Source: Eledone cirrhosa
Taxonomy: Eukaryota
Reading direction: 5' to 3'
Assembly (NCBI GenBank): GCA_964016885.1
Contig: OZ024740.1
Coordinates: forward strand, 373,240,001 to 373,304,000
Length of the DNA stretch: 64,000 nt
Below the pieces are notes generated by a model. That model searched no databases, was not told where the DNA came from, and saw nothing but the letters and a program-made list of their open reading frames with translations. Made by a program: the position numbers and the translations under genes. This document shows positions 1 through 15,020 of this stretch, one piece after another; position 1 is the first letter of the stretch, and each line of letters begins with the position of its first letter.

Positions 1-210
1 CTGAGCTCCTCCGCAAGACCGGAACGTTAGCAGCCCGTCTTAGGAAGGAGTCCTGCGATGCGGGGTGGCTGTTACACCATGTGTCACTGGTCATTGTCCG
101 CGTGACGTGGCCACAACACCGTCGTGCTCTAGGCCTAGAGCCCGTTATCCTCTCCCCACCTATTCATCTGTGAGCCTAAATCCTTTGTCTTACTCTTCAT
201 TTTCCATCTT
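1..210 (+). mobile_element. 3' end of a CRE-clade (RLE-endonuclease) non-LTR retrotransposon, decayed, cut by the window edge
   Basis: Frame from nt 3 reads ELLRKTGTLAARLRKESCDAGWLLHHVSLVIVR(G)D, matching the C-terminal 'WLxQRxSLAIxRGN' block also seen in the copy at 14095-15020. Confidence 0.6.
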
Positions 211-249
211 TAAATATCTGTCGTGTTGTAAATGTTTAAACATTATTTC

Positions 250-349
250 TAGGTTGACTTTGCCTTTCATCCTTACGGGGTCGATAAAAAAGTACCAGTA
301 ATACACTGTTTTATTTGCTGGCCTTGTGCCAAAAGTAGAAACAATTATT
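250..349 (+). mobile_element. 5'-truncated tRNA-derived SINE (cephalopod-type)
   Basis: Body actttgcctttcatccttacggggtcgata...gtaccagt...gctggccttgtgccaaaagtagaaac plus ATT tail, shared with six other copies in the window. Confidence 0.85.
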
Positions 350-2519
350 TCCCAGTTAAAAAAAACAACACTTTTATAGCTGTCGTAGAAATTCTTGAAA
401 AACGCTATGCTTTTATTAATGTCTGCAAGTTTACACATTTACACAGCTTCGGTGAAATATGTTACCATTTCTGCGCAGGTAGATATTTTTCTTCATACGC
501 TGTATACATATTTAAGACAATATTAGCCATAACATGCCCAAATATTTAAACAACCAAGAAAAGCATTACTTGAACACAGGTACTTGGTTGCTTAAATCAT
601 GACCCAATATACTGCATATATATTTTCTGCGTGCTTTTAAGAAGAAATTACACTATGGAATATTAATTGTCAGCATCTATTTGTGTAGCCTTATGTGCAA
701 ACATAATATTGCCGTCATTATGAATATAAATTACCTAAAAGAGATATGTTCTACCGATTCCTAATGTCATTCCTAATGGTATATTAATAATTTTGCATAT
801 GGGTAAAAAAGTTTCGATGAATTTAAGAAAGATATTGGGTGGCCTTTATATTTTTTATTCTATTTTCACCTTTAGTGAGACGTGGTGTGATGAATTATTT
901 TAACACATACATACTAATTTATTCGAGAAGCATCCGGTCCCTTGCAATATATTCTAAACAATTAATATTTACTTAAGTTCAAATATTTGTTTAATTGCAG
1001 CTAACAAATATTTGTCATAATATCCATCAATCTGGGAGTGATTAACATGTGCGACTCGTCTCTCTGATGAATTAATCGAATGAATAAAACAATTTATTCT
1101 GAAATCGATCAACACAATCGAGAAGGAGGGATATTCACAGTGGTGTACTAATCCAAGCGCCCTGTTGCATTAGGCGATTTGTAATTGCTCGATGTATATA
1201 GAAGTATATTTTTGATACAACATTAAACATTTATTTACCACGTATTAACGGGGGGTGGGAAAGCAGAATATGATGGATTGGAAATTCTTTTTGCAAATTC
1301 TTTCACCTATCCATCACCCTGAAAGTGTTATGATAACACTGTGCTAGCTCTATTGCGTAATATTTCTTTTCAAACATGCATACCTCTGCATCTGGAATCT
1401 GATGATAACGTTAATTACGCAATAACATTTTTCATATTTTCTCCTCTTATAAACAAAATATAATATTTCTCATTTTTCCTTCTATTTTGATAGATTATTT
1501 ATGAAAGGTGTTATTTTATATCGTTTGATTTAGACGTGTTGCTAATTTTCAAATGGAACTATTCAAAAGCAATCAGGGACTGTATCAAGGCAGTGTCACA
1601 AATCTAGTGTATTCCATTAGGTGTGAGAATGATGTTAGTATGTTAGAAGATGAATATATAAACAAGACACAGATATAAGCTAGCATAATGGGTATTGTAT
1701 ATATATATATATATATATATAACGTCCGGAAGTATTGAACATGTTGATCATCAACGATCAACGAAACGTTCATACTTGGTACGCCACCATTGTAGTAACT
1801 GACCTGAATAATTATATTCAAACTACGAACTAAAATTAATACCAGTCATAAAACTATATAAGACCTGAACTACTATCTAGGTACTAAACTAGATATATAT
1901 TAGAATAAACCTCCGAAAATTACTGTTACGTAGACGATAGTAGTCACCCCAATTTACATATTATTTTACGTGGTTATATATATCAATAGCGATTGTTACA
2001 CATCTATGTACTTCATATTTCACCTGCACCGAAGCAAGAGAATCACTAGTTAACAAAGTCCAACCACACACTCTCCTAATCAATCCTTTTCAAAGATTAA
2101 CAAAAATACCAACTAAACCAAAACTTTCTAATTATCTAGTAACCAAATCAATTACTTTTGGAAAGCAGCAAACCCCATCCTAGGCAATCCATTTGATCCA
2201 CAGCTGAACCATTAACTTAAAAATAAGTATGAAATCTGATTGAAATGAGACAAGAAATTAACCTGATAGATAAATGAAGAAAACTAAAATTTAGAAACTC
2301 GTACTAAACAACACGAACAAGTTAGCAAAACCTAAGCATCAATTGAGTAGGTTAAACAAATAGACACAAACATTTTAATCACATTTTAACAACCAAAAAG
2401 TAATAAATAGTCAATGATAAAACCATCCCCTAAATGAGAGCTTAAGTATGCAAGCTTCTAAATAAATGACTGGCCTACTGCCTCACCAGTTGCTATCGAC
2501 CTAGCATTATTTTCATATT

Positions 2520-2812
2520 TAACTTTGCCTTTCATCCTTACGAGGTCGATAAAATAAAGTACCAGTAATGCACTGGGTATTTGCTGGCCTTGTGCCAAAA
2601 GTAGAAACAATTATTTTCATATGCAGGGCGGTGGGTTGGCAGTAACGGTAGAGGGTTGGACGCCATTGTTAGCAGCATAGTTACGGCCCTTTACGGTCTG
2701 AGTTCAAATCCGGCCGAGGTTATTGCCTTTCATCCTTAAGGGATCGAAAAATAAAGTACAAGTAATGCACTGGGATAATTGCTAGCCTTGTTCCAAAAGT
2801 AGAAACACTTAT
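2520..2812 (+). mobile_element. Two adjacent SINE copies: truncated (2520-2615) and full-length (about 2626-2812)
   Basis: Second copy has an A-box-like tggcagtaacggt and a B-box gagttcaaatcc, followed by the same body. Confidence 0.85.
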
Positions 2813-3811
2813 TTTCACGTGCTCGTCCGCTTCGGCTACAGCCTAGAAAATGATCGCGTGTGCCGATTAAAAAGAAGTAACTGAAGACAAGAGAACTAAT
2901 ACGTCCTACCATCCGTGAAAGTAATTTCCCCTTTTACTACTGATACATTTTCAATTGTTTGAGCACATAAAGGCCTGTAAGGAGTAATTAGAAATTCACT
3001 GTTACGTTATTATCCTAATAGTGATATGGACGCTACAACATGTTAATAATTATTCTAAAGCGCATATAAAACGTATTTTAGCAATTGCGTTTTTTAATCA
3101 TTTTGATTATTTTCATCTTGCACTACTTATTGCAAAATTAACTAACTGTGATATGCCAGTCAGAATATTTCAATAATATGTACTGTATCCTCCAACAGTA
3201 CACCTTAGGTAACCTACCCCTATTTGAGTTATAGCCTTGTGCAGCGCCGAAAGGGGATCATTTATGTTTATCACAACACTTATCATTTTGAAATATCTAG
3301 CACTGATTAAAGCGATGAACAATTTTAACATGTCATACATACATATATAAAAGTTGTTATCGCTGAAACTTCAATTAATCTTCCTATATTGAATATGTTT
3401 AATCATTATTTCCTTTTCAACAAATTTCATAGTTACATTAATAGATGCTATTAAAAGTAGTGAACTAACATAACCGTATCTTAGTATCCCAAATTATATC
3501 GGTACATCCGTTTTCAACACTACTGATTATACAAATTAACTGCCAAAATAAAATACATTTAAATTTGCATTTATTGAATATTTTATACATCCTTACATAT
3601 GACGTGTCTTGCTTATTTAAACCTTGCGTGGGGCATCAACCACAAAGTAGAAATCATGCCGATTTCTTCCGAAGAAACAGATAGAAGGAAGAAATAGATA
3701 TAGAAGTATGCTCGACAGGAATACAGAAATGTTATTTTAATTATGCAGCTTGGAGTAAATCCTTGATCTCCAATCTATGTACTCCATCGTGTAACGTTAC
3801 TTCAGAAATCC

Positions 3812-4185
3812 TTCGGGTTTTGAAGTAATGTTACTCGATGGAGTATATAGATTGAGGATCAGAGAGTTGCTTCAAGTAGACCCGCTATTTCTTCGAATTA
3901 AGAGATCACAGCTCCGATATTATGGGCATGGGGTTACCATGTTCTCGGAAAGAATCGTTGGACATACTTTACGGGCAAAACCAACCGGCAGGAGACGCTA
4001 GGGTAGACCCCGAAGAAGATAGTTGGATATCGTCCATGAGCTTGGCTAGTCTCGCTTGTGGATCCAACCGAATCATTTGAACATAGTTGCTTCTGGAAGG
4101 AGTGTTTGAAACCTCTGCCTTCTTGACTCTATCGAGAATCGGTGGCCAAAGAATCGGCCCTAGACCGCCGAATGCGGTGCGCTCC
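3812..4185 (+). mobile_element. RTE-clade LINE 3' fragment (pseudogene) with a short 5' fold-back
   Basis: Translates as ELLQVDPLFLRIKRSQLRYYGHGVTM..ER...PTGRRR*GRPRRR*LD, the RTE C-terminal 'QLRWxGH...GxRxxGRP' signature. Confidence 0.75.
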
Positions 4186-4289
4186 TATATGAATAGAAAG
4201 CCCAGCATAAAAAATAACAGCATTTCCACAAATATTACATACATATTTCGACTGAATATTACCAGAAGCCGAGTCTACATCAATTATTC

Positions 4290-4640
4290 TAAACACAGGA
4301 TATCTATCATATTGGCCTGAAAGTGATTACAAACATCGCAAACCAGACGCGTCCCTCCAATTTACCGAATGCTTTACTGGGTTTTTCAATCCTTACCTTG
4401 ATTTCGGAATCGAACGAACCAAACCATCCCCGGAGAAAACATGAGTGTAGACAAGCGTAATTATAACCGTCAAGAAGCAAGACGTTGATACAGCAACAAT
4501 CTGATGTTTTCCCAGTATTAATCTCCACTACAGTTATTTGGACCTCTGCCAGAGTAGGGTGATCCGGCACCTTATCAAATATAACCAACCAAGTGGCGTT
4601 ATTGATGTGATCTGTGTTAAACAGAGATGGATGATTATAA
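4290..4640 (-). mobile_element. Internally deleted RTE-clade LINE remnant
   Basis: ORF 4307-4588 contains PTLAEVQITVVEINTGKTSD and EIKVRIEKPSKAFGKLEGRVW, two non-adjacent RTE RT-region motifs. Confidence 0.65.
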
Positions 4641-5399
4641 AATAAAAATCAGGAAAATACTCTGTTCAGCTTTCAATTATAATGTCCGACTCATTGAAAA
4701 TGGTAGAGCCGCCGTTGTTGTTGAGTGTTACTATATACGACATAAGACTTCAACAGTTGTGTTGTAGACCGCGTTCTTATACTGATCTCATGTGACTTGA
4801 AGTTCAGTTTCTTCAAAACCACTCCCTGGTTCCTTACGAACCAAACATGTTTGGATCATCGTTGAATCCAAATAAGCATATAAACGTCCCCCTGGCGGAA
4901 AAAGGCAGTGCAAAAGGCTAGGTGAAATTCAGTGCAGAGCTTAAGATTGTGTAATCCATTGAATCTTCCACATTTTTGAAGTAGTTATTTTGCTAGGGTG
5001 TGATTGACATTTTCCAAATTACGATGAGTTTTATGTCTTGTTTTTCTCTAGTTTCGTATCAGAAAATTTGAGGAGTGATAACAATCGGTTGGTAAATGGA
5101 AGCGCACCACAGAACTACAACCGAAACAGTGAAAATCTCTGTTTTAATAACATAAGTATATTCTGCAGTTATGTTATATCGTGCTAGGTAGGATGTTTGG
5201 TAAATATAACTTGCTTAATGCCAAATCATAAAGTTAGATATTTCTATCTCAGATTTCATATTATTGTTGATTTACTATACTCCTTATACATGTTGCATGT
5301 ATGTGATATTGATATATATTTTAAAATGTACTTCCAAAGAACACCGAAACACCCAACCGCTGCGTCATGTTACAAGGACCCCCCCCCCCACACACACAC

Positions 5400-5970
<571 letters not shown>

Positions 5971-6734
5971 ATATGTCTGTATGTATGACATTTTGGATAG
6001 ATGTCATGTAGCATAGTCGTACACCATGCATGTGGGATGAGATTGTGTTACAAATGATATTGTAATATACGTTATGTTTATACCAGACGAATTAATTCAT
6101 CATTGCTGATTTTGTTGTCTATTTTCTATAACTGACTGTGAGTTGAATAAGTAAATTGTCATATTTATAGATCCCTAGCTGTTGGTACAGTATATACTGA
6201 ACAAATTATAACTGAAAGAATGGACGATTCTTGACGAATATGATAACGAATGGAATTGGGTTTATTCTAACAAATATTTTTGGTTACGTTAATAATATAC
6301 GAAATATTATTACATAAACACTCCAATTCCCATTGGATAGAAATGACGAGACGAATACAATATTACATTAGATCAACAAAAATACATAAATATAGTTATT
6401 TCTGTTATCGGAACATAAAAATAAGTAATTGAAAAAATCTTACATTCTCTGTTTCAATATTTCTATTGCTGTTAATTTATTGACCAGTTGGCGGCTATCC
6501 CATGCAGGCACATAGCCGTGTCTTTGGTGAGATCAGTTATATATAACCTTGTCTTTTTTCTAATTCTAAATACGTCCAAGTAGCTTTAACTGCTTACTAT
6601 TTTAAGTTAATCGTTGGCGCTGTAAGTAAGAGCTAGCTTCTTCATATAATTATAAATATTATACATGATACAATGAAAAAAACCGCCAGTTAATTTAGTA
6701 TATTCATTACCATAAATCAGTTGAACCACAATCA

Positions 6735-6771
6735 ATATATATATATACGTATATATATATATATATATATA

Positions 6772-6829
<58 letters not shown>

Positions 6830-6835
6830 TGCGTT

Positions 6836-6866
<31 letters not shown>

Positions 6867-6903
6867 GTGCGTGTGTGTGTTTATGTGTGTGTGTGTGTGT
6901 GTA
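6735..6903. repeat. (TA)n(TG)n compound microsatellite
   Basis: Direct reading. Confidence 0.97.
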
Positions 6904-7359
6904 TGAATTTTATACTCAGCCTGCATTCTAATTCCTGGTTGTTGTGCATACTTTCAATCTACTCTTCCCACTCTCACCAATATCACTTGGATGTCATTAA
7001 TGAGACCTAATCTAACTTAGATTCTCACCATCACACACCGAAATACATTTGCTCCCTTTATCTTTCTCAATATTAATGCAGTAAATATCAATACTTCTTG
7101 TATATCTCATCCTCATTCGTGAATATTTGTTCAATGTTCTCAACGCTTTTTCGCTCCCAAACTATACTATCCTGGTACTGTTGGCGGTGAAATTGAGTAT
7201 TTGGTGTACTTATTATTTTATTATATTTCCTTATACGCTCGATGCATGTTTGACAGTTGAACATGCACACTAAACAGTTCTGGTTTCTTTCTCACCTCCA
7301 AATATTACATCTGTCAAATCTTTATCTTATAGGCAAATAGCACGTCGTATTATTATTGC

Positions 7360-7543
7360 ATTGGCAGTATCGGTAGAGGGTTGGAAGCCATGCTTTCTAG
7401 TTACGTCCCTTTACAGTCTGAGTTCAAATCCCGCCGATGTTAACTTTGCCTTTCGTCCTTACGGGTCGATAAAATAAAGTACCAGTAATGTACTGAGTAA
7501 TTGCTGGCCTTGTGCCCAAAGTAGAAACAATTCAATTATTATT
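7360..7543 (+). mobile_element. Near full-length tRNA-derived SINE
   Basis: tggcagtatcggt A box, gagttcaaatcc B box, conserved body, ATT tail. Confidence 0.85.
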
Positions 7544-8965
7544 GCATGCATCATCTACTGATGCCTCACTTACATATAATGGCACCCCTCTTCACAATTC
7601 TATAATGGCTGATCGAATCAGCTGATTGTAACTCCGCCAATGCTATGGTAAATACCTCCGGGTTTGTATATACTTTAGGGTTCAGGTAGACGTGGGAGTG
7701 ACAACAACTATCTTCTTAGACATCTTCCTCTACATCCCTCACTTATCGAAAGTAATTAACACCCAAACGCCAAATGTATTTAAGGCATCAACTCCCGTCT
7801 AATACTAGGCGAAAAGCACTAAACTAAAAACCTAGGCAGCTATTAACAACCGCCGCAACTAATGGGACAAAATCGTTCAAAATACCAAAGTTATCTGTGT
7901 ATTTTATTATCCTTTAGTTTTGCAGTCCAGTACTCTTGTAGAGAAGGTATTCTGCTGCCTTTTGGTATAAGCCTTAAATTCAATCCACAACCATTATAGT
8001 GGAATGTTGTACTCGATATTAAATAAAGTCATGTGTTCATAGTTCCTGCACACATTTATCGAAACCTCACTACACATAATAAATAAAATGTATATGTGCA
8101 TTTCAATCGTTTCAACACCAAAAGCTCAACCATATCACTTCCTCTTTATATCAATAATACCTAAACTAAATTGTAAATAGTTAATGCGCTCAGTTCACAA
8201 GAAAAAGAAAATCCGCTGATACACACATCCGGATTTATCGGTCACATTCTCCACATCTCATATTTAATAAAATCCTCTACTAACATTCTTCTTTTATAAC
8301 CTGAATGATACTACTGGGATATTGACCCTTGGAAGTGTTTAGTTAAAGCCATAATGGAGACCTCCTCCTCGTCTGTGTCATACATCAGTTGACCCTCATA
8401 TTTGGGAAATATCGTCAAGATTATTCATTCACATTGGCATTACTGTGTTAACTGAGAACTGATGTTAATTAATTTTGCCGTTTCCATATCCATATACCTC
8501 ATTCAACTTTCCTTGTCCAGCAAAGAGCATCTACATGGCTGCTTGCCTTGCTAGGCCTTGCTGTCACATCTTCCTTAACTCATAACATAAAGCGTTAACA
8601 TATGGAGATAATGCCAGGTAATTAAATTCCAACAGCCAACTTCAAAACAAATAGGGATGATCTTGATGGTTACTTTTGAAAATAGTTCAACTGGATCAGA
8701 ATTGTTGACCCAGGACTAAACAACCGTAGTAATTAGCAAGCAAATAAACATGCTAAAAGACGAATCAACTACATTTTAAGCGCCAATTCATCATATAAAC
8801 TACTGAAGAAAACTATAGCGTGTCCTAACTAATCAGACAGCTATTTATCTATAAATCAACAAAACTATTTCTTAACATCATCAATTTTCCCGCTCACCCT
8901 TTAGCAACAGCTCTATTTATATCCAAGATATTAAAATTGATTATTGTTCTTTGATATTGCACATA

Positions 8966-9086
8966 TGATGATGATGTTGATGATGGAAATGGTAGGGACG
9001 ACGCTGACGATGATGATGATGATGTTAACGATGATGAGGATGATGATGATGATGATAATGATGATGATGATGATGATGATGGTGAT
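8966..9086. repeat. (GAT)n microsatellite
   Basis: Direct reading. Confidence 0.95.
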
Positions 9087-10207
9087 ATTAATAAGAATAA
9101 AAATAATTGTTTGACAATTAATGGTTTTGTGGTCTGATTTCAGAGCAAAATTTATCTTGATACTTGACTTAACGAATAGAAATTTCTATTTGAATATCGA
9201 CCCTATATCCAGATCTATGCTAAAGTCTCCTAAGTTAATTGTTTTACAATGTTTATATTCGATATTTTTCTTTGATCAAATAGGACCACAATTGTTATCT
9301 ATATCTGGCCAAATAGCTGCTAAAATGAGATACCAACAGATTTTACTATGCAAGATATCTGATACATTGCAAAGCCAAACAAAACAGTGTAATGTAATAC
9401 ACTAAACACAATTTCGTTTGGTGTCAAAGAGACAATAAAATACTCCTTACCAAATTGATTTCATCCTATTACTAGAGACAGACATTAATTCTTTGAAAGA
9501 TTTTTTTTCTTTCTAGAAAATATTAGTTTTGTAATAAGGAAAATAATCTATACATCAGCAAGAGAAATACTCATATACATCAGAAATATTTGACTATGCT
9601 TAATGATATCAATATTCAACCTTTATTATGGGATACCGTCCATACGAAATATAGTTTCTACACCCATCCTTCAACTTGTAATATCATAAGGCATATGAGT
9701 AACATATCCATATAAATATAGAATGGCCATTATCGATATAAACAGGTTTCGCTGAGCAGAAATTTGTAAGTGCGTAGAAAAGACATGTGAATAAGCAATA
9801 TAAAGACGGAGTCTTTGATAGACATCCCTTCAGCACAGATCAGTTTATTAGATTTATTAAAAATGTCAACAAAGTATTCCTCTAATTATAATCTATAATT
9901 CTTTACTCGATGAATATGTTTTAACATGGTCCAACATAACTATAAAAAGACGGAATGTTCAATGACGAGGTGTCTTTAGCTGTATGCCCGTTCGGTCAGA
10001 GGAAATGCGTCCCATCAATAAAGTAACACTAACACCAATATCAACATCAGTTTACAACATAAATTCAAGTACAACGGCATTTAAAATGTTCCTGCCTAGT
10101 GACATATTACTAAATCGTGTTACAAATGAAAGCAATATTTAATTGCACGTAAGAACATTCGCGTTTATAGTTTGATAATTAAATTGTTTAGCTAGAAATG
10201 GCAGAGT

Positions 10208-10838
10208 TTAAGTCGGTTGAGAATCCTGATGAGTTGTTTAAACATGGTCTTAATCTCTTAGGAAGAATATTTACCGACCGTATGAGGATATGCATTCCTA
10301 ATTACAAAATGTAGTTTCATAAATGATATTGTCTGTTTACTGTACTTTAATGGTTTAGTGTTCCACACTATTGCACATGTGTGCAACTTATATTCTCTCT
10401 CAAAACATTTAAAATGGGAAGAATGCCTCCACATTCTCTGGTGAATTCTAAAATATATAAAATGTGATGTCATTTAGACCATCAACCTAACCCACAGTTA
10501 TCCCCAATTTCAAAGTAATGTTATATATATATATATATATATAACACTGCTTTGAAATTGGGGATAACTGTGGGTTAGGCCGATGGTCTAAATGACATCA
10601 CATTTTATATATTTTAGAATTCACCATTGTAAGCAAGTATCTTTTGAGAGACAATATAAGTTGCATACATGTGCAATAGTGTGGAACACTAAACCATTAA
10701 AGTACAGTAAACATACAATATCATTTATGAAACTACATGTGTATATTTAGCAATTCATATCCTCATATGGTCTGTAAATATATTTCCTAACACATTAAGA
10801 CTATGTTTAAATAACTCATCAGAATTCTCAGCCGAATT
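10208..10838. repeat. About 630-bp imperfect palindrome centred on (TA)n
   Basis: 10208-10521 is the reverse complement of 10543-10838 with substitutions and one indel. Confidence 0.9.
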
Positions 10839-10879
10839 ATATATATTGTATGGGTATATATACATTGTATGGGTTTGAG

Positions 10880-11215
10880 AGCTAGAATATTGTAGCTGGT
10901 ATGACACAGATATTCATCACAATCATTACACGTGTATCAGAAGAATCCTAAGAGTTCTGTACAAAGAAAACAAATCATGATAGCAAGTCGAAAAAATACA
11001 CTGGTAGAAAGGAACCACTTCTTGCGATGGTTAACAAATCGGAAGCAATCCATATCTATCTGTCTAAAATCGATTCTGAAGAGCAGAGAAATAGGATTCT
11101 GTTCCGACAAACTCAAGCATTATACTTATCCTAAGACACCCGCAATGCTATCCATAGCACCAGTAGCGATGGCTGATTAAGAAAACCGCTAGAGTGGCGC
11201 CACACCGACTGTCTG
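10880..11215 (+). mobile_element. Highly decayed RTE-like LINE 3' remnant
   Basis: CIRRILRVLYKE...PLLAMV-like peptide across frameshifts. Confidence 0.4.
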
Positions 11216-11536
11216 CACTAGTTGATGAGGATGATATAAATGCCGAACAAAACGTTTTGTATTGTTAAATGAGAAAACAATGAATGATATAGTGATTCAT
11301 ACACAGGAAATGAATATTTTGATGAACACAGCTGTAATAATGTAAATAATTTGTCTATAGGCTTCATTACAGCGCAATTACCGGATCCGAAAATAAACAT
11401 ACAAGGTTTTCAACAACATCCATGATATTTTTAAAGGTGAATGGTTTTTCTATAAATATGAATGTGTGTAATAGTGGTAAACGCATCTAATTTCATCACG
11501 TATGGTATTATCGACCGGATAGAATTATACACACAC

Positions 11537-11870
<334 letters not shown>

Positions 11871-12244
11871 TAATAATAATAAATTGACCGGACTAGCACA
11901 AGTGTTTCTGCTTGTACCGGTTGCATTCAAGCTTACTTAAAAGTTAAGGTTATGTAATAATCTCAGTGTAGCACAAAGTTATTTGTTTCAATAAAACACA
12001 GGTAAATTGTTACCATGATTCTATACCCGTACTCCAGTTGTTTCACCCATATATAATGCAGCAATAGAGAGCACAGCCTCCACTGTCTGCATTTATTATG
12101 GAACAATACCCAATCGGCGCATGTGGCTTCATCAGCCGGTCCCACCTAATCAATAACCTATCGCTCGACAAAATTCGATTCTAGTCCGTGCCGGCTTCCT
12201 CACCAACACCATTATCATTTCCATGGTTGTCTTCATCATTATCC

Positions 12245-12731
12245 AGCATCACTACCACCAACACCACCACTACCAACTCCATCAACACTACCACCGATAC
12301 CACCAAAACTACCACCACAACCAACACCTCTACCACCAACACCACCACCACTACCACCAACACCACCACCACCACTACCACCAACACCACCATCACTACC
12401 ACCACAACCAACACCTCTACCACCAACACCACCATCACTACCACTAACACCACCACCACTACCACCAACACCACCATCACTACCACCACAACCAACACCT
12501 CTACCACCAACACCACCATCACTACCACCAACACCACCACCACTACCACCAACACCACCATCACTACCACCACAACCAACACCTATACCACCAACACCAC
12601 CAGCACTACCACCAACACCACCAGCACTACCACCAACACCACCACCACTACCACCACAACCAACACCTCTACCACCAACACAACCATCACTACCACCAAC
12701 ACCACCACCACTAAAACCAACACCACCATCA
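12245..12731. repeat. (ACC/ACT)n-based low-complexity array with about 60-bp higher-order units
   Basis: Direct reading; yields poly-T/H/V artefact ORFs. Confidence 0.9.
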
Positions 12732-12746
12732 TACGACAGGTGACAC

Positions 12747-12791
<45 letters not shown>

Positions 12792-13169
12792 TATATGGTT
12801 TTATATTCTTTGTCACATTTCACAATCGGTCATAACTTGACTGTGTTAAACCTGTGGCTCACTACGGATATTTAATATACATATAACACGACACTACATA
12901 ACACTTTCTAGAGCTTTTTCTTCCATGTATATTCAATTTCCTTCAAAATCATTTAGCACCATCGTTCTTCGTATATCTATATCAGCTTATTATATCTACT
13001 TTTAACTGGGAATCACGAGTTGAGAGATTCCTTTAAAATAATTACTTTCCTTGACTTCATATGAATTACACATTTTCAGCTTGAATATTTCACAATGAAT
13101 TAAAACCATTTATTCACATACTGTTGCACTAACCAGGACAACTGTCCCTTAAACCTTATTTTCACTTAC

Positions 13170-13257
13170 CTGAAGTTTAGCTCCAGTTGTTTGTGTTCAA
13201 TAAGTAGGTGAATATCAATATAGAAATATGCTTGTGGTGATTTTTCATTTGAAAGCC
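13170..13257 (-). other. Candidate isolated 88-nt internal exon
   Basis: Minus strand tttattcgtgtAG acceptor, CAG/GTAAGT donor, one open frame LSNEKSPQAYFYIDIHLLIEHKQLELNF; no homology recognised. Confidence 0.2.
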
Positions 13258-14094
13258 CTACACGAATAAATAATTCACTGCTTCGTCAGCCTTCTTTAGC
13301 ATTTTGAGTTTCCTATGAAGCATCATTCAATCGCTAGAATAGTGCCTTAATAATTATTGCCATCTGTGAATTGAATCCATTAACCTTCTATGTATGCACA
13401 CATATTTTTTCTATGCTCGCATTGTTTTTGTTTTCTTTTACTAGAATTTGTTCTTCAGTGACCCAGCTGTTTAGACATTCCTGCATTATTTACGGGATAG
13501 TTGTAATTAGTCAAATGTAATTAGTATAATACATATTCTCCAATTAACAAAATCTATCCAATAATTTCCTTTATCTGGTATCTTTTCCATCACAAATCAA
13601 TAACCAATACAATTAGCACGATATATAACAAACCTCACTGGAACACATCTAAATTTATCTAGAAAGGTTCGAAAACACTTGAGAGTTCCATTATTTTACA
13701 AGCGAGAATTATCATTTTTTAAATTATTATTTTGCATACTATGTATGTATAATATAGCACATGTGCATTTAAAACTAATACATTCCCTGAAATGGTATCA
13801 AGTATTCTCTTAAAGTCAATTACATATAAGACTATTGGTGAATGCAATTTATTTCATACCTATATAAACAACCTTCAAGTAATCAACCTGATGTAAATCC
13901 TACGTTTCGTGAAGCTTGCTCACAGAACAACTTTATTGTGAAAGAGAAGAAATTATCTGTATATATGTGTGTATATCTCAATTTATGGTACAATTGTTTC
14001 ATAAAACATACAGTTTGACAAACGTGTCCGAACACGGAAGAACCGAACTCTCACTGCCATCGCCTACATCTCTCTTGCCCTACCCATCTCTCTA

Positions 14095-15020
14095 TATTAT
14101 GAGCAAATGGAGTCCCACGTGCTGGTCGCCCCACTGCCTCGGCGGGAAGAATGGAAAAGGCGTCTCCCCGGAGATGGTAAGGGAGATGAGCTGGAAGAGC
14201 CATTCCATCTCATGAAGCTCAAACCTGCGGCTGGCCAGCTCAGTACAGATGGTGGTAAGTAGGGAGGTAGCCCTAGGGTCTAGGAGACCAGAGGTCTCCA
14301 CTGCTAAGGGTACAGCAAACCTGTCGGAGAGCGACCGATACTTGGAGAGTTTGCCCTCCTCAGCCCGAAGTGCAGCAAAACATAGGTTTGTCGCAGAATG
14401 CACCGGGTTGTGGCTGGAGAAAGTGACGCTGTAAATGGTATCCCAGGCGAGATGTATGCCACAGTGGAATGGGAAGATGGTGATACCGTCTGGCCTTTTA
14501 CCGTATCCTCGCTCCAGCCACACCGGTTGGGAGGGGAAGCCTGCAGCACGCAAGCCATGCTTTATGACCTCGTTGAGGGAGATAAGGTGTGGAAGTTGAC
14601 CGGCTCTCTGGCGACAGGAAAGAGTTCATGTTGGATCTGCAGCGACATGTGTGTGCCTCGCAGACCTGGAGGCCAAGCATCAGGGAAACTCCGATGCGCA
14701 GGCTATCGTCGTCCATCTGCGTGCCAGTGTATGAGGTTAAGGCATGTAGTCAGGCGCCACTGTGGGATTGTGGGGGCGAGCGAAAAGCGGCAAGGTGGTG
14801 CTAGTCGAGTTGACGCGTGAACCTATCTGAGGCCAGGTTGCACTGCATAGCATCCCATATGGTCTGGAGGAACTTGACGTCAGCAGGGGAAGATGAATAA
14901 AAGACGTCTACTGGGATAAGTCCCAGCCGATCCATGTCTCATAGACGGCCTCACATTCCTCCATCATAGAAGGTTCCATTGTGTGAAGGAGAACCCCTGC
15001 TGACGAGGACGCGCCACGAG
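14095..15020 (-). mobile_element. CRE-clade non-LTR retrotransposon 3' fragment (Zn-knuckle plus restriction-like endonuclease), pseudogene
   Basis: DDSLRIGVSLxLGLQVCEAHTCRC, then GKRPDGITIFP...LAWDT...AALRAEEGKLSKY...PLAVETSG...WLFQLISL. Confidence 0.85.

Noticed and set aside
7030-8800. Possible very old CR1/RTE remnants
   Set aside because: Peptide similarity too weak to support by eye
12181-12835. 215-aa Thr-rich mucin-like ORF
   Set aside because: Trinucleotide low-complexity array open in several frames and strands, runs into (TA)n, no splice or domain support
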